64,000 bases of DNA from NCBI RefSeq assembly GCF_004010195.1, contig NC_057719.1:38240097-38304096 (forward strand). Direction: 5' to 3'. Source of the DNA: Chiloscyllium plagiosum. Lineage: Eukaryota. The position numbers were made by a program, and so were the translations under genes. The notes below the pieces were generated by a model. It had not been told where the DNA came from and did no database searches. It saw nothing but the letters and a program-made list of their open reading frames with translations. Shown one piece after another: positions 25,305-38,825 of this stretch (position 1 is its first letter; every line of letters starts with the position of its first letter).

Positions 25305-26750
25305 CTCTAACCATGAGGGATATACCAGAGAACTGGAGGACAGCAAATGTGGTTCCACTTTTTAAGAAGTGTAGTAAAGATTAGCCAGGAAATTACAGAC
25401 TGGGGAGTCTCCCATCAGTAATTGGGAAACTATTGGAGAAAATGTGAAGGAGTGAATTAATACTCACTTGAAAATGTACAGGTTAATTAGGAATGGCCAG
25501 CATGGATTTGTCAGAGGGAGGTCATGCCTAAAAACATTTGTTAGAATTTTTGAAAATGTGATCAAGTGTGGGGATGGGGTATGTTCAGTTGATGTAGTTT
25601 ATATGGATTTTAGCAAAGCTTTTGACAAGGTCCCACATGGGAAATTGAGAAGGTTAGAGCACATGGAATTGAGGGAAACCTGGTGAGATGGATCAGAAAC
25701 TGACTTAGTAATAGGACACAAAGGGTATGGTAGAAGGCTGTTTGAGTGACTGGAGGCTGGTGTCCATCAGTGTGCCACAAGGATCAGTATTGGGACTCTT
25801 ATTGTTTGTTGTCCACATACATGATACAGATGAAACTTTGGGGGGAATATTAAGCAAATTTGCAGATGATGCCAAGATTGGTGGATTGTTAATAGTAAAG
25901 TAGATGATTGTATATTACAGGAAGATATAACTGGGTTAGTCAGATAGGCAAACCAGAGCAGATGGTATTGAAATCTGAAATGTGTGAAGTGGAAGAAGAA
26001 ACAAGATGAGTGAGTATTTAATGAATGGCAGGACACTGGGTAGTTCAGAGAAACAGAATGATCTTAGGGTAATTATTCACAGAGCCCTGAAGTTGGCAGA
26101 ACACGTTAATAGGATAGTTAAGGCATATAGGACACTTGCTTCATTTGTTGCGGCATAGAATATCAGAGCAAGGGGGTAATATTGAAGTTGTATCGACAAT
26201 TGGTCAAGCCACAGCTGGAGTACAGTGTACAGTTTTGGTCACCACTACAGGAAAGATGTGATAGCACTGGAGGGGTTACAGGGGAGGTTCACCAGGATGT
26301 TACTTGAAATGGAGAAATTGAGTTAAAAGGAGAGCCTTGATAGGCTTGGATTGTTTTCTTCAGAGCAGACTGAGGGGGAACGTGATTGAAGTGTATGAGA
26401 TTATGAGAACTATGGACAGGGTGAATAGAGAGCAGCTGTTCCCCTTGGTTGAGGGGTCAATCATAAAAGGGCATAGCTTTAGGATTTGGGTAGTAGATTG
26501 AGTGAATTTCAGAAAAAGCTCTTCCATTCAGCAGGTGATGGGAATTTGGAATGCGCTGCTTGGAAAGGTATTAGAGGCTGGAAAACATCCAAATTTTTTT
26601 TAAAATGGTTGTACGAGAACTTCAAATATTGTAACATTTAAGAATGTGGGACAGTGCAGGAAATTGGGAATAGTGCATTTTTAGTGATAGTTATTGTCAG
26701 TGCAGAGTCAATGGTCCTCGGGGTCTTTTCTGCACTGTATAAATCTATGA
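25305..26750 (+). mobile_element. 5'-truncated CR1 LINE
   Basis: QHGFVRGRSCL, VDVVYMDFSKAFDKVPHG, PQGSVLG, KFADD and a 3'UTR. Confidence 0.9.
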
Positions 26751-28014
26751 TTAGTTGTGGATAACATAGCAACTGCTGTTGCCATTGGAAGCCTGGTTTC
26801 CAGCAGGAGCCAGAAATGCGAATTTCTCCAGCCACTAGAAATTTAAAGATTTGTGATTTTCAAACAATTGTGGGAGTTGCAGTCTTTGAAAGATCAGTGC
26901 ACAGGCTGGAGGGGATCTTGAGGAGCCAGACCAGGATGACATTAAAGATTTGGGGAGGAGGGGAACAGGCAAATGAGACTAGTTGAATAGCGAGCTATAT
27001 TTAAAACTATAAATTTGAATTACATATTCTATTCAATTCAATATCAATTGCCTAATCTGTTTTCTTTTGATGCACTTTATTTCATTGCTGAGCAAGCTCT
27101 GAGACTTTAGCTGAGCTGTTGCTGATGTATGATCAGTTGAGCGGGAATTGGCATGCATTGTAGTGATATTGACCCACTGGGGAAAGGATTGAGGAATTTC
27201 CCTTGCTTTATTCCTCATAATCAGTTTTTGATCTCTGATGTGGTGAGGTACTATACTGTTGAGAGGTTGGAGAAATTAAAACAGGGATGCTGATCAACAG
27301 AACGAAACACTTGGAAGCTACACTTAAAATGTTCCATTAACTGGAACCCGTGAACAGTTTGTGTGACACTTGAGGAAGCATGTCAAAGCAGAGAGGATTT
27401 GAGAACAGGGGAATTGCTTCCAAAACGAGTACAAGAACAGTCTATTGATGTCTAATATTACAGAAGGATCTATCGAAGAATGTCTCGCTTTACAGTCCTT
27501 CACCTGTCACCCAGAATAAATGAAACTAATATTGACCACAAACTGCTGGAAACTGACCCGTGCATACTGTACCATAAAGCGCATTTTGTTTGTGGCACGA
27601 AGCATCAATCAGTATTGAAACCTTGCTTCGGGATCTATATTTAAACCCATAGAAATTGTATGGGAGTTATCCAGTTTGAATTGATAATACTGTATGAGTC
27701 TATAACATGAATAAGAGGGATAAAGGATGATCTACATTATCCTGTTTGTAGACGTGACTTTGACATGATTTTGACCACTCATTTGTGAACTGAAAGCAGT
27801 TTTTTTGAATGGTGTGTGTTTACCTTCCACATTGTAGTATTGAAGTTAATGCAGAACCAGTATTTCCAAACCATGGAAACTTCCTGCTCTGACTTTGTGT
27901 TCTTAGAATAGAATGGATCAGGATATGTGGCACAAGTTCTGATTTAAAAAAAATGTTGGACCAAATAAACAAAATATTTAACAATCCTTTTTATATTATG
28001 AGATTTATGGACAC

Positions 28015-30350
28015 CAGGCTGAATCTTACTTTCTTTGGTTCAGCGCCAGTTGTGTTGAGTTCTTTGGAAAATTTTCCACCATGAGGCCTAGTGAGGTTTC
28101 TCGCTGTACGTCTTACATTCCAATAAGAATCAGGAGATCGAAGTGTTTAACATTAGGATCTTTATTTAGGCGATATTCATGCTGTAGGCAACAAGGTTAG
28201 ATGAGGCTGTTTCACACCATTGAATGGCTGATGATGTCATCATCACATGATCAAACTCTTCAAGGGACAGTCCACCATACTCTTACTAAAGTTGTCTCAT
28301 TAACTACCTACTCTGCCCCATAGTGTCCCTCTCATCAAATTCTCAACACCTCTTACAATACACCATTCTCATTTCTCCTCAGAAGAATTTCCTGTTTCCT
28401 CAGCATCTATCATAGCAACTCATTCCTGGCAGAGCACACTATGCCAGAATGATATGGCACCTTCTGTCTGAACTACACCAGAGGGACTGCAGAACAGTCC
28501 AAGCAATCGAATTATATTTCAACAGCCCTATCATCATCTCCACCATGGCCCTGCTCACAGCACCTACAGCAATCTGGGTGAAAGTGTGGCACCAGCTGAG
28601 TAACCAACACTTATATTAAAATGTCTGCTGCACTCTGACCCCTTCCCAGACCTACATCAACCATTCCACTTTGAATTACATTCGATGGAATCCGTTGTCT
28701 TATTTTCATGGCATATGATGGATGTTCTCCTCCTCTCACAGCATCTTTGGAAGTTCCACAACTGATGGGCTGCTCGTGTGCAATATTTATTTCTTTTGAA
28801 GTCATTAGTGCTGACTTCATTGAGTTGACAATGCCAGATTTTCAAATGCCAGATTTTCAAACACCAGTGGCATTGGTGTAAATCAGCATTTGAAGTCTTA
28901 AAGCATGTTCATTCTTTTTGCATTATAAATGGACAAAATTTCCCCAGTCCAAAGATGAGCAGTTTAGGTAGGTTAGCCATGCAAGTGCAGGGAAAGGGTA
29001 GGAGAGTGAGTCTGGCTGGGATTCTCTTTAGAGATTTGGTGTGGACCTGTTGGACCAAATGTTTCCACACTGTAAGGATTCTTAATAATTGCACATGAAA
29101 TGTAGCTGGAGCTCGCAAGCACTTTCTTCATGAATTTACTACCTTCAGTGCTCTAGCATCCAGCAGAAATGGATCCCGTGTTTCCACCCATTGGTGACAA
29201 TGATTCTACTCATCCCATGCATTGGCCCAGCCATTTTTCAGCTGCATTCAGTTGCTTCACCTGGTCAGATATTAAACCCACTCTCTCCTCCCTCAACCCC
29301 CTACTGTCCTCCAAAGTCTCCACTTTGATCTTGCTGTACACCAACAGCTGATTTTTATGCATTCCCCCACAAAATTGTAGAGACTCCTCATATTAAATAG
29401 TGTCCTCCTTGCCCTTGAGTTGCAACATTATAACTGAAGATGTCCATCCTCATCCCTGTAGATGCGAGGGTGGTGATCACTTTCAATACTCCCCCTCCTC
29501 TGGCCTGTCATGCCCTCTGATGCTATTCCAAACACCTCGAGTTCCTTCTGTCCCTCACTTCACCCCAATATATGCCTCGCCTTTATCTTCCCCTCCATGA
29601 CCAACAGACAGTCCTCAAACCACAGTTGTCCTAGAAATCTGACTGACTTCATGGAACAGCTCCTTCAAGTGACTGAGCAGACCCCTGACTGTGGTGTTTG
29701 CAGGTTCCCATTAGGCAATTCCTCTGAATACTTGTGACTGACTGTCACCCAGTCTCCACACTATTGTCAGACATATCTCCTGACCATAGCCCTGGGACAG
29801 GAGTGTGTGGAATACCTCTTGCAGACAGCCTACACTTCCTCCCTTTGGGCTGAGGACTAGTCTTCACCTTTCTTCCGGCATGGTCATTTGGTTTAATAAA
29901 CATATGGTGCGTCTTCAGCACGGGTAGCTGGTACATGCTGTAGGTATTAGATTGATGTCCTGATGTGCCATACAGCAAGATATCCAGCAGCCCTCCTCTG
30001 CCACCAGCAGATCCTAACTGACAAGTAGCCTGTCTCTGTGACTGTACAAAAGAGCATGCTAACAACATTACCTTTACAAATTCCTCCTTATACATACACT
30101 GACAAACAGACAGGGTAAAATAAGTTAGGACAAAGGGGAAAAACTGGAGAGATGTTTCCAAAATCTTTGTTCCCATTCTATTATTGGTACGATCCTTATG
30201 ATTATTCTGCTGATGACTAACACAGAGGCATCTCCCAGCTACTGGTGAGCTGAGGTCGCCAAGTACCAGGGATTAGAGAATTCTCGATGTCTAACATGTT
30301 TGGTATGATAGGAAGGTAAATCTTAATGAAGTGAGGTAATAGTGTTTATG
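28015..30350. mobile_element. Probable old DNA-transposon (Harbinger-like) debris
   Basis: C-rich decayed segments beginning ggctgaatcttac; no clear TIR pair or ORF. Confidence 0.2.
28942..29085 (+). mobile_element. HE1-type SINE 3' fragment
   Basis: cagtccaaagatg...ggtgtggacctgttggaccaaatgtttccacactgtaaggattct. Confidence 0.7.
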
Positions 30351-30820
30351 TGCTGACTGTTTAGGACTTTACCTGTAACGAGAGTCTAATTACTTGTAAT
30401 AAATTCTTGATGAATACAGAAAGCTGGTCTATGCTATTTATTAATCTAGGTCTGAAGGTCAGATACATTGGGAAAATTTGCATATTTTTAAAAACATCTT
30501 TAATTTTTGTGATGACTCTGGGAATAGTGGAACTTGATTTCAAGTGCGCTACCCAAGTGAGTGATAACAACCATTTATAAACAAACAGGATTGTCAGATT
30601 ATTAAGACCATAGAAATAGAAGCAAGAATGGATAATACAAGGTCATTGTTGATCTTGAGCTTGTATTCTAATTCCCTGTTCTCTTGCCTTATTGGTCTGG
30701 TGGACGTTTCAGTAATACTCCAGGATGTTTCAGCAGTGGGCAATATTTGATTTATAGCAAAACTGTGACTATATGGTATAATAGTTGTACCTTATTTGCA
30801 AATCTGGCCTTAATTAAGTA

Positions 30821-31039
30821 CAAGTTGTTCTGTTTTAATGCACATTTCGCTAATGCGAACTTGCTGTAATGGGATTGATGAATTGGAGACACTGTTTCTA
30901 AAGTGCGAATTTTTAAAATGTGTGTTGGCTGTAATGCAATAACATCGTCAACACTTTAAGCGCTGTTTCTAAAGTGAGATTTTTCTATAATGCAGGGTTG
31001 CACAAGAATGCAACCAATGTGTTACAGAAGAACTGCTTG
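30821..31039. mobile_element. Tc1/mariner (pogo/Tigger-type) MITE
   Basis: TA|CAAGTTGTTCTGTTTTAATGC ... GTGTTACAGAAGAACTGCTTG|TA: imperfect ~21-bp TIRs with TA target duplication. Confidence 0.75.
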
Positions 31040-31695
31040 TACTGCAGTTCAAGACAAATGACTGGTACATGAGGTTCTAATCTATGTCTAACAAATGATT
31101 TAGTTAGAGCACATTATATGATTTATAAGTCCATGGAAGATTAATGTAGTTGTTTGCTTATTTACTCCCATCTACAGTGTTTGAACCATTATCCAAATTA
31201 TTGGCATAATCATTCAAACCAGTGTTATTCTATGGGCTTTAAGTTTATGGACTTTGCTCATTGTTGCATGTTGCCTTGTTTAGAGTGTAGGTAAGGTCTC
31301 ATCAATGATTATTTGTGTCAAACGTAGTATCTGAATTTCACTATCTCTATGAAGTCATAATACTGAAGTTTTACCATCTGAAAGGAAATAGACAGTGTTT
31401 AATATTTTCTTTGTAAATATAAAGTCATTTCAGACAATTGTTTGTTCCAATTGGATTAAAGCCCCCACTAAATTCATCATTTAACTGAGGTACACAAATT
31501 GTGCAAAGAAAGGGTTGGTATTTTCTTGCCTTATACGGTCATCAGGAAAATCTTTGCATTCTGTCTGTGATTATATCATCCTTGGGGAGCCAAAATTTGG
31601 AAGGTTTGCTGGCTGCTATTTGTACAGCAACTACCTGAGGCTACTTGCATACTTTCAGAATCAGTTGAGCAGCTGAAACTGTTTTGTGTTCACAT

Positions 31696-32014
31696 TTTTT
31701 TTTAGATTACATTACATTACAGTGTGGAAACAGGCCCTTCGGCCCAACAAGTCCACACCGACCCGCCGAAGCGAAACCCACCCATACCCCTACATTTACC
31801 CCTTACCTAACACTACGGGCAATTTAGTATGGCCAATTCACCTGACCCTGCACATCTTTGGACTGTGGGAGGAAACCGAAGCACCCGGAGGAAACCCACG
31901 CAGACACGGGGAGAATGTGCAAACTCCACACAGTCAGTCGCCTGAGGCAGGAATTGAACCCAGGTCTCAGGCGCTGTGAGGCAACAGTGCTAACCACTGG
32001 GCCACCGTGCCGCC
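31696..32014 (-). mobile_element. Young full-length HE1-type V-SINE
   Basis: CpG-intact head and V-domain, (attac)n tail, TSD cacat (31691-31695, 32015-32019). Confidence 0.95.
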
Positions 32015-32093
32015 CACATGCAGAGGATGTATTTAGTTCTGGAGTTTCTGCATTACTCTGCTGGTCCAGATTTGTGCAGAAGATTGACCTGAA

Positions 32094-32124
32094 AGGGTAA
32101 GGGTAAAGGTAAAGGTAAAGGTAA
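32094..32124. repeat. (AAGGTA)n microsatellite
   Basis: agggtaagggtaaaggtaaaggtaaaggtaa. Confidence 0.9.
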
Positions 32125-32631
32125 TGCTTCTGATTTTATTGGAACTCATTGCCTTGCTTTCCAGCTCCCTTTCCATATTAGTGTTTGATTCAGTTATTTA
32201 TTAAATGTTCCCTTGGAACCGTTAGCAATTCTGATGAGTTTGTTCATTCCTAATTTCATAATGGATCTTTTATAATTTAAGTTCCATTAATCAATTTGAT
32301 TTTTTGTGCAAGATCTCTTTGAACTACTGTTGAAGTCCAAACATAATGAACTTGTTGATGATGTACAGGATTTGTAGTTAAAAGTTCTCGTGGAACTATC
32401 CAAACATTTTATTTAGAACTGTTAACTTACAATGTCACTGAAGATGAGCGGCAGATGAGCTCAGGGCTTGATTAGGACTGGGACATTGTAGCAATTACAG
32501 AAACGTGGCTCAGTGATGGGCAGGACTGGCAGCTTCATATTCCAGGATACAAATGGCATAGGAAGGATAATAGGGCGGCAAGAGAGGAGGCGAAGTGGCA
32601 TTTTTGGTAAGGGATGGCTACTGCTGTACTT

Positions 32632-32713
32632 GGGTAAAAACAATGACTGCAGATGCTGGAAACCAGATTCTGGATTAGTGGTGCTGGAAGAGCACAGCAG
32701 TTCAGGCAGCATC
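32632..32713 (-). mobile_element. PLE terminal-tail fragment
   Basis: gggtaaaaacaatgactgcagatgctggaaaccag...caggcagcatc with imperfect TSD ct(g/a)ctgtactt. Confidence 0.75.
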
Positions 32714-32873
32714 CTACTGTACTTAGGATATTCCTGGGAATACATGCAGGGAAGTGTTTGGGTGGAACTGAGAAATAAGAAAGGGATGATCACTTTACTG
32801 GGATTGTATTATAGACCTCTCAATAGTCAGTGGGAAATTGAGAAACAAATTTGTATGGAGATTTCAGTTATCT

Positions 32874-34084
32874 TCTGATTAGATTACTAATCAGAAGATT
32901 GGGAAGGCTACAAAAACAAACAGAGGATAACAAAGAGAGAGATAAGGAAGGAGAGGATCAAATATGAAGGTAGGCTAGCAAGTAATATTAGAAACGATAG
33001 TAAAAGTTTCTTTCAATACATAAGAAACAAACGACAGGCAAAGGTAGACATTGGGCCACTGTAAACTGATGCTGGAAGGCTAGTGATGGGAGATAAGGAA
33101 ATAGCTGGAGAACTTAATAAGTACTTTGCGTCAGTCTTCACAGTGGAAAACATGAGTAATATCCCAACAATTAAAGGGAGTCGGGGGCTGAGTTGAATAT
33201 GGTTGCCATTACAAAAGAGATAGTGCTAGAAAAGATAAAAGGTCTTACAATTGACAAATCTCCTGGCCCCGATGGGCTACATCCTAGAGTTCTGAGGAAG
33301 GTGGCTGAGGAAATAGTGGAGGCGTTGGTTGAGATCTTTCAAAAGTCACTGGAGTCAGGGAAAGTCCCGGATGATTGGAAGATCGCTGTTGTAACCCCCT
33401 TGTTCAAGAAAGGATCAAGACAAAAGATGGAAAATTATAGGCCAATTAGCCTAACCTCGGTTGTTGGTAACATTCTAGAATCCATCGCTAAGGATGAGGT
33501 TTCTAAATTCTTGGAAGAGCAGGGTCGGATTAGTACAAGTCAACATGGATTTAGTAAGGGGAGGTCGTGCCTGACAAACCTGTTGGAATTTTTTGAAGAG
33601 CTGACAAGTAGGTTAGACCAGGGAAGCCCAGTGGATGTGGTCTATCTAGACTTCCAAAAGGCCTTTGATGAGGTGCCACATGGGAGGTTGCTGAGTAAGG
33701 TGAGGGCCCATGGTATTCGAGGTGAGCTACTGGCATGGATTGAGGATTGGCTGTCTGACAGAAGGCAGAGAGTTGGGATAAGAGGTTCTTTTTCGGAATG
33801 GCAGCCGGTGACAAGCTGTGTCCCGCAGGGTTCAGTGTTGGGACCGCAGCTGTTCACGTTATATATTAATGATCTGGATGAAGGGACTGGGGGCATTCTA
33901 GCGAAGTTTGCCGATGATCCTGAAGAAGGGCTCATGCCTGAAATGTCGATTCTCCTATTCCTTGGATGCTGCCTGACCTGTGCTTTTCCAGCAATACATT
34001 TTCAGCTTTGAAATGCCCATCAGCCATGATTAAATGGCGGAGTGGGCTCAATGGGCCGAATGGCCTTACTTCCACTCCTATGTC
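32874..34084 (+). mobile_element. Young CR1 insertion, chimeric with a PLE tail
   Basis: Uninterrupted RT ORF 33193-33918 ([38 protein letters not shown]). TSD ttatct (32868-32873, 34085-34090). The host CR1 reads through when it is removed. Confidence 0.92.
33916..34007 (+). mobile_element. PLE family A terminal fragment with HHR motif, inside the young CR1
   Basis: gatc CTGAAGA agggctcatgcct GAAA tgtc gatt ... cattttcagct, matching 43711-43804. Confidence 0.9.
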
Positions 34085-37000
34085 TTATCTGTAAGAATAA
34101 TAGGGTGGTTGTGGTCATGGATTTTAACTTTCCAAACATAGACTGGGACTGCCATAGTGTTAGTTGTGTACAAGAAAATGTTCTGATTCGGTGTGTGGAT
34201 GTTCCTATGAGAGAAGGTGCAAAACTTGACCAATTCTTGGGAAACAAGGCAGGGCAGGTGACTAAGGTGTCAGTGTTCTATTAGTTTTAAAATAGTGATG
34301 GAAAAGGATAGGCTGGATCTAAAAGTTGAAGTTCTAAATTGGAGGAAGGCCAATTTTGGCGGTATTTGGCAAGAACATTCAAAAGCTGATTGGGGACAGA
34401 TGTTAGCAGGTTAAGGGACGGCTGGAAAATGGGAAGCCTTCAGAAATGAGATAACGAGAATCCAGAGACCGTATAGTCCTGTTAGGGTGAAAGGAAAGGC
34501 TGGTAGGTATAGGGAATGCTGGATGACTAAAGAAATTGAGGGTTTGGTTAAGAAAAAGAAGGAAGCATATGTCAGGTATCGACAGGATAGATCGAGTGAA
34601 TCCTTAGAAGAGTATAAAGGCAGTAAGGGGGAAATCAGAAGGGCAAAAAAGGGACATGAGATAGCTTTGGCAAATAGGGTTAAGGACATTCCAAAGGGTT
34701 TTTATAAATACATCAAAGACAAAAGGGTAACTAAGGAGAAAATAGGGCTCCTCAAAGATCAGCAAGGCAGCCTTTGTGTGGAGCCGCAGGAGATGGCAGA
34801 GATACTAAACAAGTATTTTGCATCGGTGTTTACTGTAGAGAAGGACATGAAAGATATATAATGTAGGGAAATAGATTGTGACATCTTGAAAAATGTCCAT
34901 ATTAGAGAAGAGGAGGTGCTGGATGTTTTGAAATGTATAAAAGTGGATAAACCCCCAGGACCTGATCAGGTGGACCCTTGAACTCTGGGGTAAACTAGGG
35001 AAATGATTGCTTGACCATTTGCTCAGATATTTTTATCATCGATAGACACAGGTGAGGTGCTGGAAGACTGGAGGTTGGCTAACATGGTGCCACTGTTTAA
35101 GAAAGGTGGTAAGGTCAAGCCAGGGAGCTATAGACCAGTGAGCCTGAACTGGTGGTGGGCAAGTTGTTGGAGGGAATCCTGAGGGACAGGATTTCTATGT
35201 ATTTGGAAAGGCAGGGACGATTAGGGATAGTCAGCATGGCTTTGTGCATGGGAAATCTGATGAACTTGATTGAGTTTTTTGAAGAAGGAACAAAGAAGAT
35301 TGTTGAGGGCAGAATGGTGGATGTAATCTACATGGACTTCAGTAAGGCATTCAACATGGGAGACTGATTAGCATGGTTAGATCTCACGGAATACAGGGAG
35401 AAAAAGCCATTTGGATACAGAACTGGCTCAAAGGTAGAAGACAGAGGGTGGTGGTGGAGGGTTGTTTTTCAGACTGGAGGCCTGTGACCAGTGGTTTGCC
35501 TCAAGGATTGGTTCTGGGTCCACTACTTTTTGTCATTTATGTAAATGATTTAGACGTGAACATAGGAGGTATAGTTGACACCAAAATTGGAAGTGCAGTG
35601 GACAGCAAAGAAAGTTACTTCAGAGTACAACGGGATCTTGATCAGATGGGTCAATGGGCAGACGGAATTTAATTTAGATAAATGCGAGGTGTTGCATTTT
35701 GGAAACACAAATCAGAGAAGGACATATGTTTAATGGTAAGGTCCTGGGGAGTGTTGTTGAACAAAGAGACCTTGGAGTGTAGGTTCATAGTTCCTTGAAA
35801 GTAGAGTTGCAGGTAGAAAGGATAGTGAAGAAGGCGTTTGGTAAGCTTTCCTTTATTGGTCAGAATATTAAGTACAGGAATTGGGAGGTCATGTTGCGGA
35901 TGTACAGGACATTGGTTAGGCCACTGTTGGAATATTCCATGCAGTTCTGGTCTCCTTCCTGTTGGAAGGATGTTGTGAAAATTGAAAGGGTTCAGGAAAG
36001 ATTTACAAGGATGTTGCAGGGTTGGAGAATTTGAGCTATGGGGGTGGCTGAATAGGCTGGAACTGTTTTCTCTGGAGCGTTGGAGGCTGAGCGATGACCT
36101 TATAGAGATTTATAAAATTATGAGGGGCATGGACAGGATAAATAGACAAGGTCTTTTCCCTGGGTTGGGGAGTCCACAAATAGAGGGCATAGGTTTTGGG
36201 TGAGAGGGGAAAGGGACCAAAGGGGCAACATTTTTATGCAGAGGGTGGTGCATGTATGAAATGAGCTGCCAGAGGAAGTGGTGGAGGCTGGTACAATTAC
36301 AACATTTAAAAGGCATATGGATGGGTAGATGAATAGGAAGGGTTTAGACAGATACGGGCCATGTGCTAGTGAATAGGTTTGAATATCTGGTCGACGTGGA
36401 TAAGTAGGTCTGAAGGATCTGTTTCCATGCTGTACATCTCTATGACTCTGCTAGGTGTCTAAAAGTTCAGCATTTGTCTAGTGAATGCCACTCTGCAAGG
36501 GGGTACCCTTATAAACTATAAGGCTGTCTAATGTGTATTTCTCAAAGCTAAAATCAGTAACAGTTTGAGCCTGAAAGCCGAGGCAAGTTAAATTTATTTA
36601 TTTTATACTTTTTATGACAAAATTACCTGAATGAGTAATGTGATGATGTTCATCAAACCACTATGAGGAATTTTCCAGTGAAATTCAGCTACATTTTCAA
36701 ACCAGGTTTGAAACCAATGTCTGGTTAGTTCATAACCGTTACCTTTTGGTAGATGACGTTTTTTTCAGATGCTCATCATTAAGTTTAAACAAAACAAAAT
36801 TAATTCTTAGAAAATGATGGTGTACCTTCAAATCTGTACTCTAACCCACTTGCAACTGCATGGTAACGTATGATCCCGAATTGAAATAAGATATTTTTCA
36901 TGACCATTTTCATGATATTAATGAGGCTGACCAATTAGCAAAAAATAATGGCATAGGTAAAGCTGTTTTACTCCATGCTGTGTTCACTGTACTTCAGAGG

Positions 37001-38329
37001 TAATTATATCCATTTGGCATTTTGCCTGCACTTTGTAAGATCAGTTCCTCGCTATTAACTTTGGCAGAATGCTTTATTCCAGATATGCATCTTGTAGGTA
37101 TGACACAAAACACATAGCCTTTTTGAAATAGTATTCTTACTCTAGTCTCTTGCTAAACTCCATGGTAATATGAAAGTTATTCCATCTATAAAACCAAAGG
37201 AGTGTTAATTGGAAATCCTAGTTAGGATTTGTTTTGAGAATTGTAGTTGACCACCTGTGAAGATGCTCAAGTTTCTGAACATTTTCGCTGAAGAATATTT
37301 GGTGAAATTTTAATATTTTATTCTCAAACAAATTAGCTGGGAGAACCTAGTTCTGTAATGAATAACAGCATGTTGTGAATGTTTTTAATCTTCCATTATA
37401 TTAAGCAAATCTTTTATTGAGAAACAGCAGTTGTTTAATTAGTTTGGATAGCACCTGAGGTTGAGTTCAGTCTGTTTCATACAACTGGCTCCAGTGGGGA
37501 ATGAGCAGTTGAGTAACAGCCCGGAAATGGAAATTTGGATTAAATGAACATCTATTGTCAACAATTTAAAGCTTGCTTTATTAATGGGGTGCAAATTGCT
37601 AATGGATTGCAAGCCTGGAGTGATTTTTATCTGAAATCATTTTTATCTGTAGGAGGATGACTCTATGGAAACCTTTCAAAAATAGGCTTATTGAAAACAC
37701 GATGAAGGATTTGCAGAATGTTGGCATCTCAAAAAAAGTGGACAAAGTCCTAAAATTCTGATTTGTTCCCAACTCCTTCATTATTCTTACAAGAAATCTC
37801 CCTTTTGCACCCAGTTTTTTTTTAGACCTTTTTAATGAGAATCAAGAAGCAGCCTTTTGGTCAATAACAGAAGTTGCATTTATTTAATTAGTATTTGTTT
37901 CATTTAGACAAGTATCTTTCGCTGCTGCACATGCGTAATATGGGGCAGGGGCAATTGGATTCTCAGCCATGGAAGGAAATACTGAAGGAAGGAAACAAAA
38001 GCTTACTGAGAGGAGACTTTGTTTTTTAAAAGAAAAAAACTGGAGAAGTACAAAATTTAGATTCAAAAATTCAAATTTTAGGGGTTGAAAGCATGGGTGC
38101 AAACCTTGCAGGAATGGGAGAGGAAATACCTATGAAGCTGAAGTCATAATAATGGAAACTTAGGGAGAGAGGATTTATTGTACTTTAAGGGATGAAACCA
38201 TGGAGGGACTGAAATGTGCCAATGTAGGTCAGCAAAGATTGGGCCAGTGGGTGAGTCAGAGTTGATATGGAAAGCAATACTAATAGCAATTCTGAATATT
38301 TCAGAAGGTGAAGGATGGGAAACTAGACA

Positions 38330-38395
38330 GAATTAAGTGTTTTAGTGTTAAGTGTTTTAATTAAGTGTTTTAATTAAGACTAATTAAGTGTTTTA
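38330..38395. repeat. Irregular tandem repeat of aattaagtgtttt at a CR1 3' junction
   Basis: About five full or partial copies. Confidence 0.85.
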
Positions 38396-38825
38396 CAGAA
38401 TCATAGAATTGTTAAGGTGCAGAAGGAGCTAATTTGGTCCATCATGCCTGAACTAGTTCTTCAAATGAACATCATTACATCGAGCCAAGCTCTACATCTT
38501 CCCCATGCACTTGCATGCTGTTTCTATCCAAATAACCATCCAATGCCCTTTACTCAGTGCATTCTGTATCCTGACAATTCACTGTGAATTTTTTTCTCAC
38601 ATCACTCTTGCTTCTTTAGCACATCACTTTAAATCTATTCCACCTCATTCTTTGTTCATTTTATAAGCAGGAACAGCTTCTCCCTATCTAATCTGTCCAT
38701 TATAACTTATGACTTTCAAAACCTCTTTCAAATCTCCATTCAACCTTCTTTTCTCCAAGAAGAACAGTCTCAACTTCTTCAATCTATCCTCCTAACTAAA
38801 GTTTATGATCTCCATAGAAACCGTT
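38396..38825 (-). mobile_element. CR1 3' fragment
   Basis: cagaatcatagaattgtt...aacagcttctccctatcta...ccaagaagaacagtctcaacttcttcaatcta. Confidence 0.7.

Larger units (their letters stand above)
32440..36448 (+). mobile_element. CR1 ORF2 (endonuclease to 3' end), host to nested insertions
   Basis: DIVAITETWL, VWVELRNKKG...GLYYRPLNS, DFNFPNIDW, RT motifs at 35050-35600, tail catctctatgactc. Confidence 0.92.

Noticed and set aside
33193..34011. 272-aa ORF as a host or domesticated gene
   Set aside because: CR1 RT truncated at FADD, with a nonsense codon upstream (~33062) and a TSD; its tail is non-coding PLE sequence.
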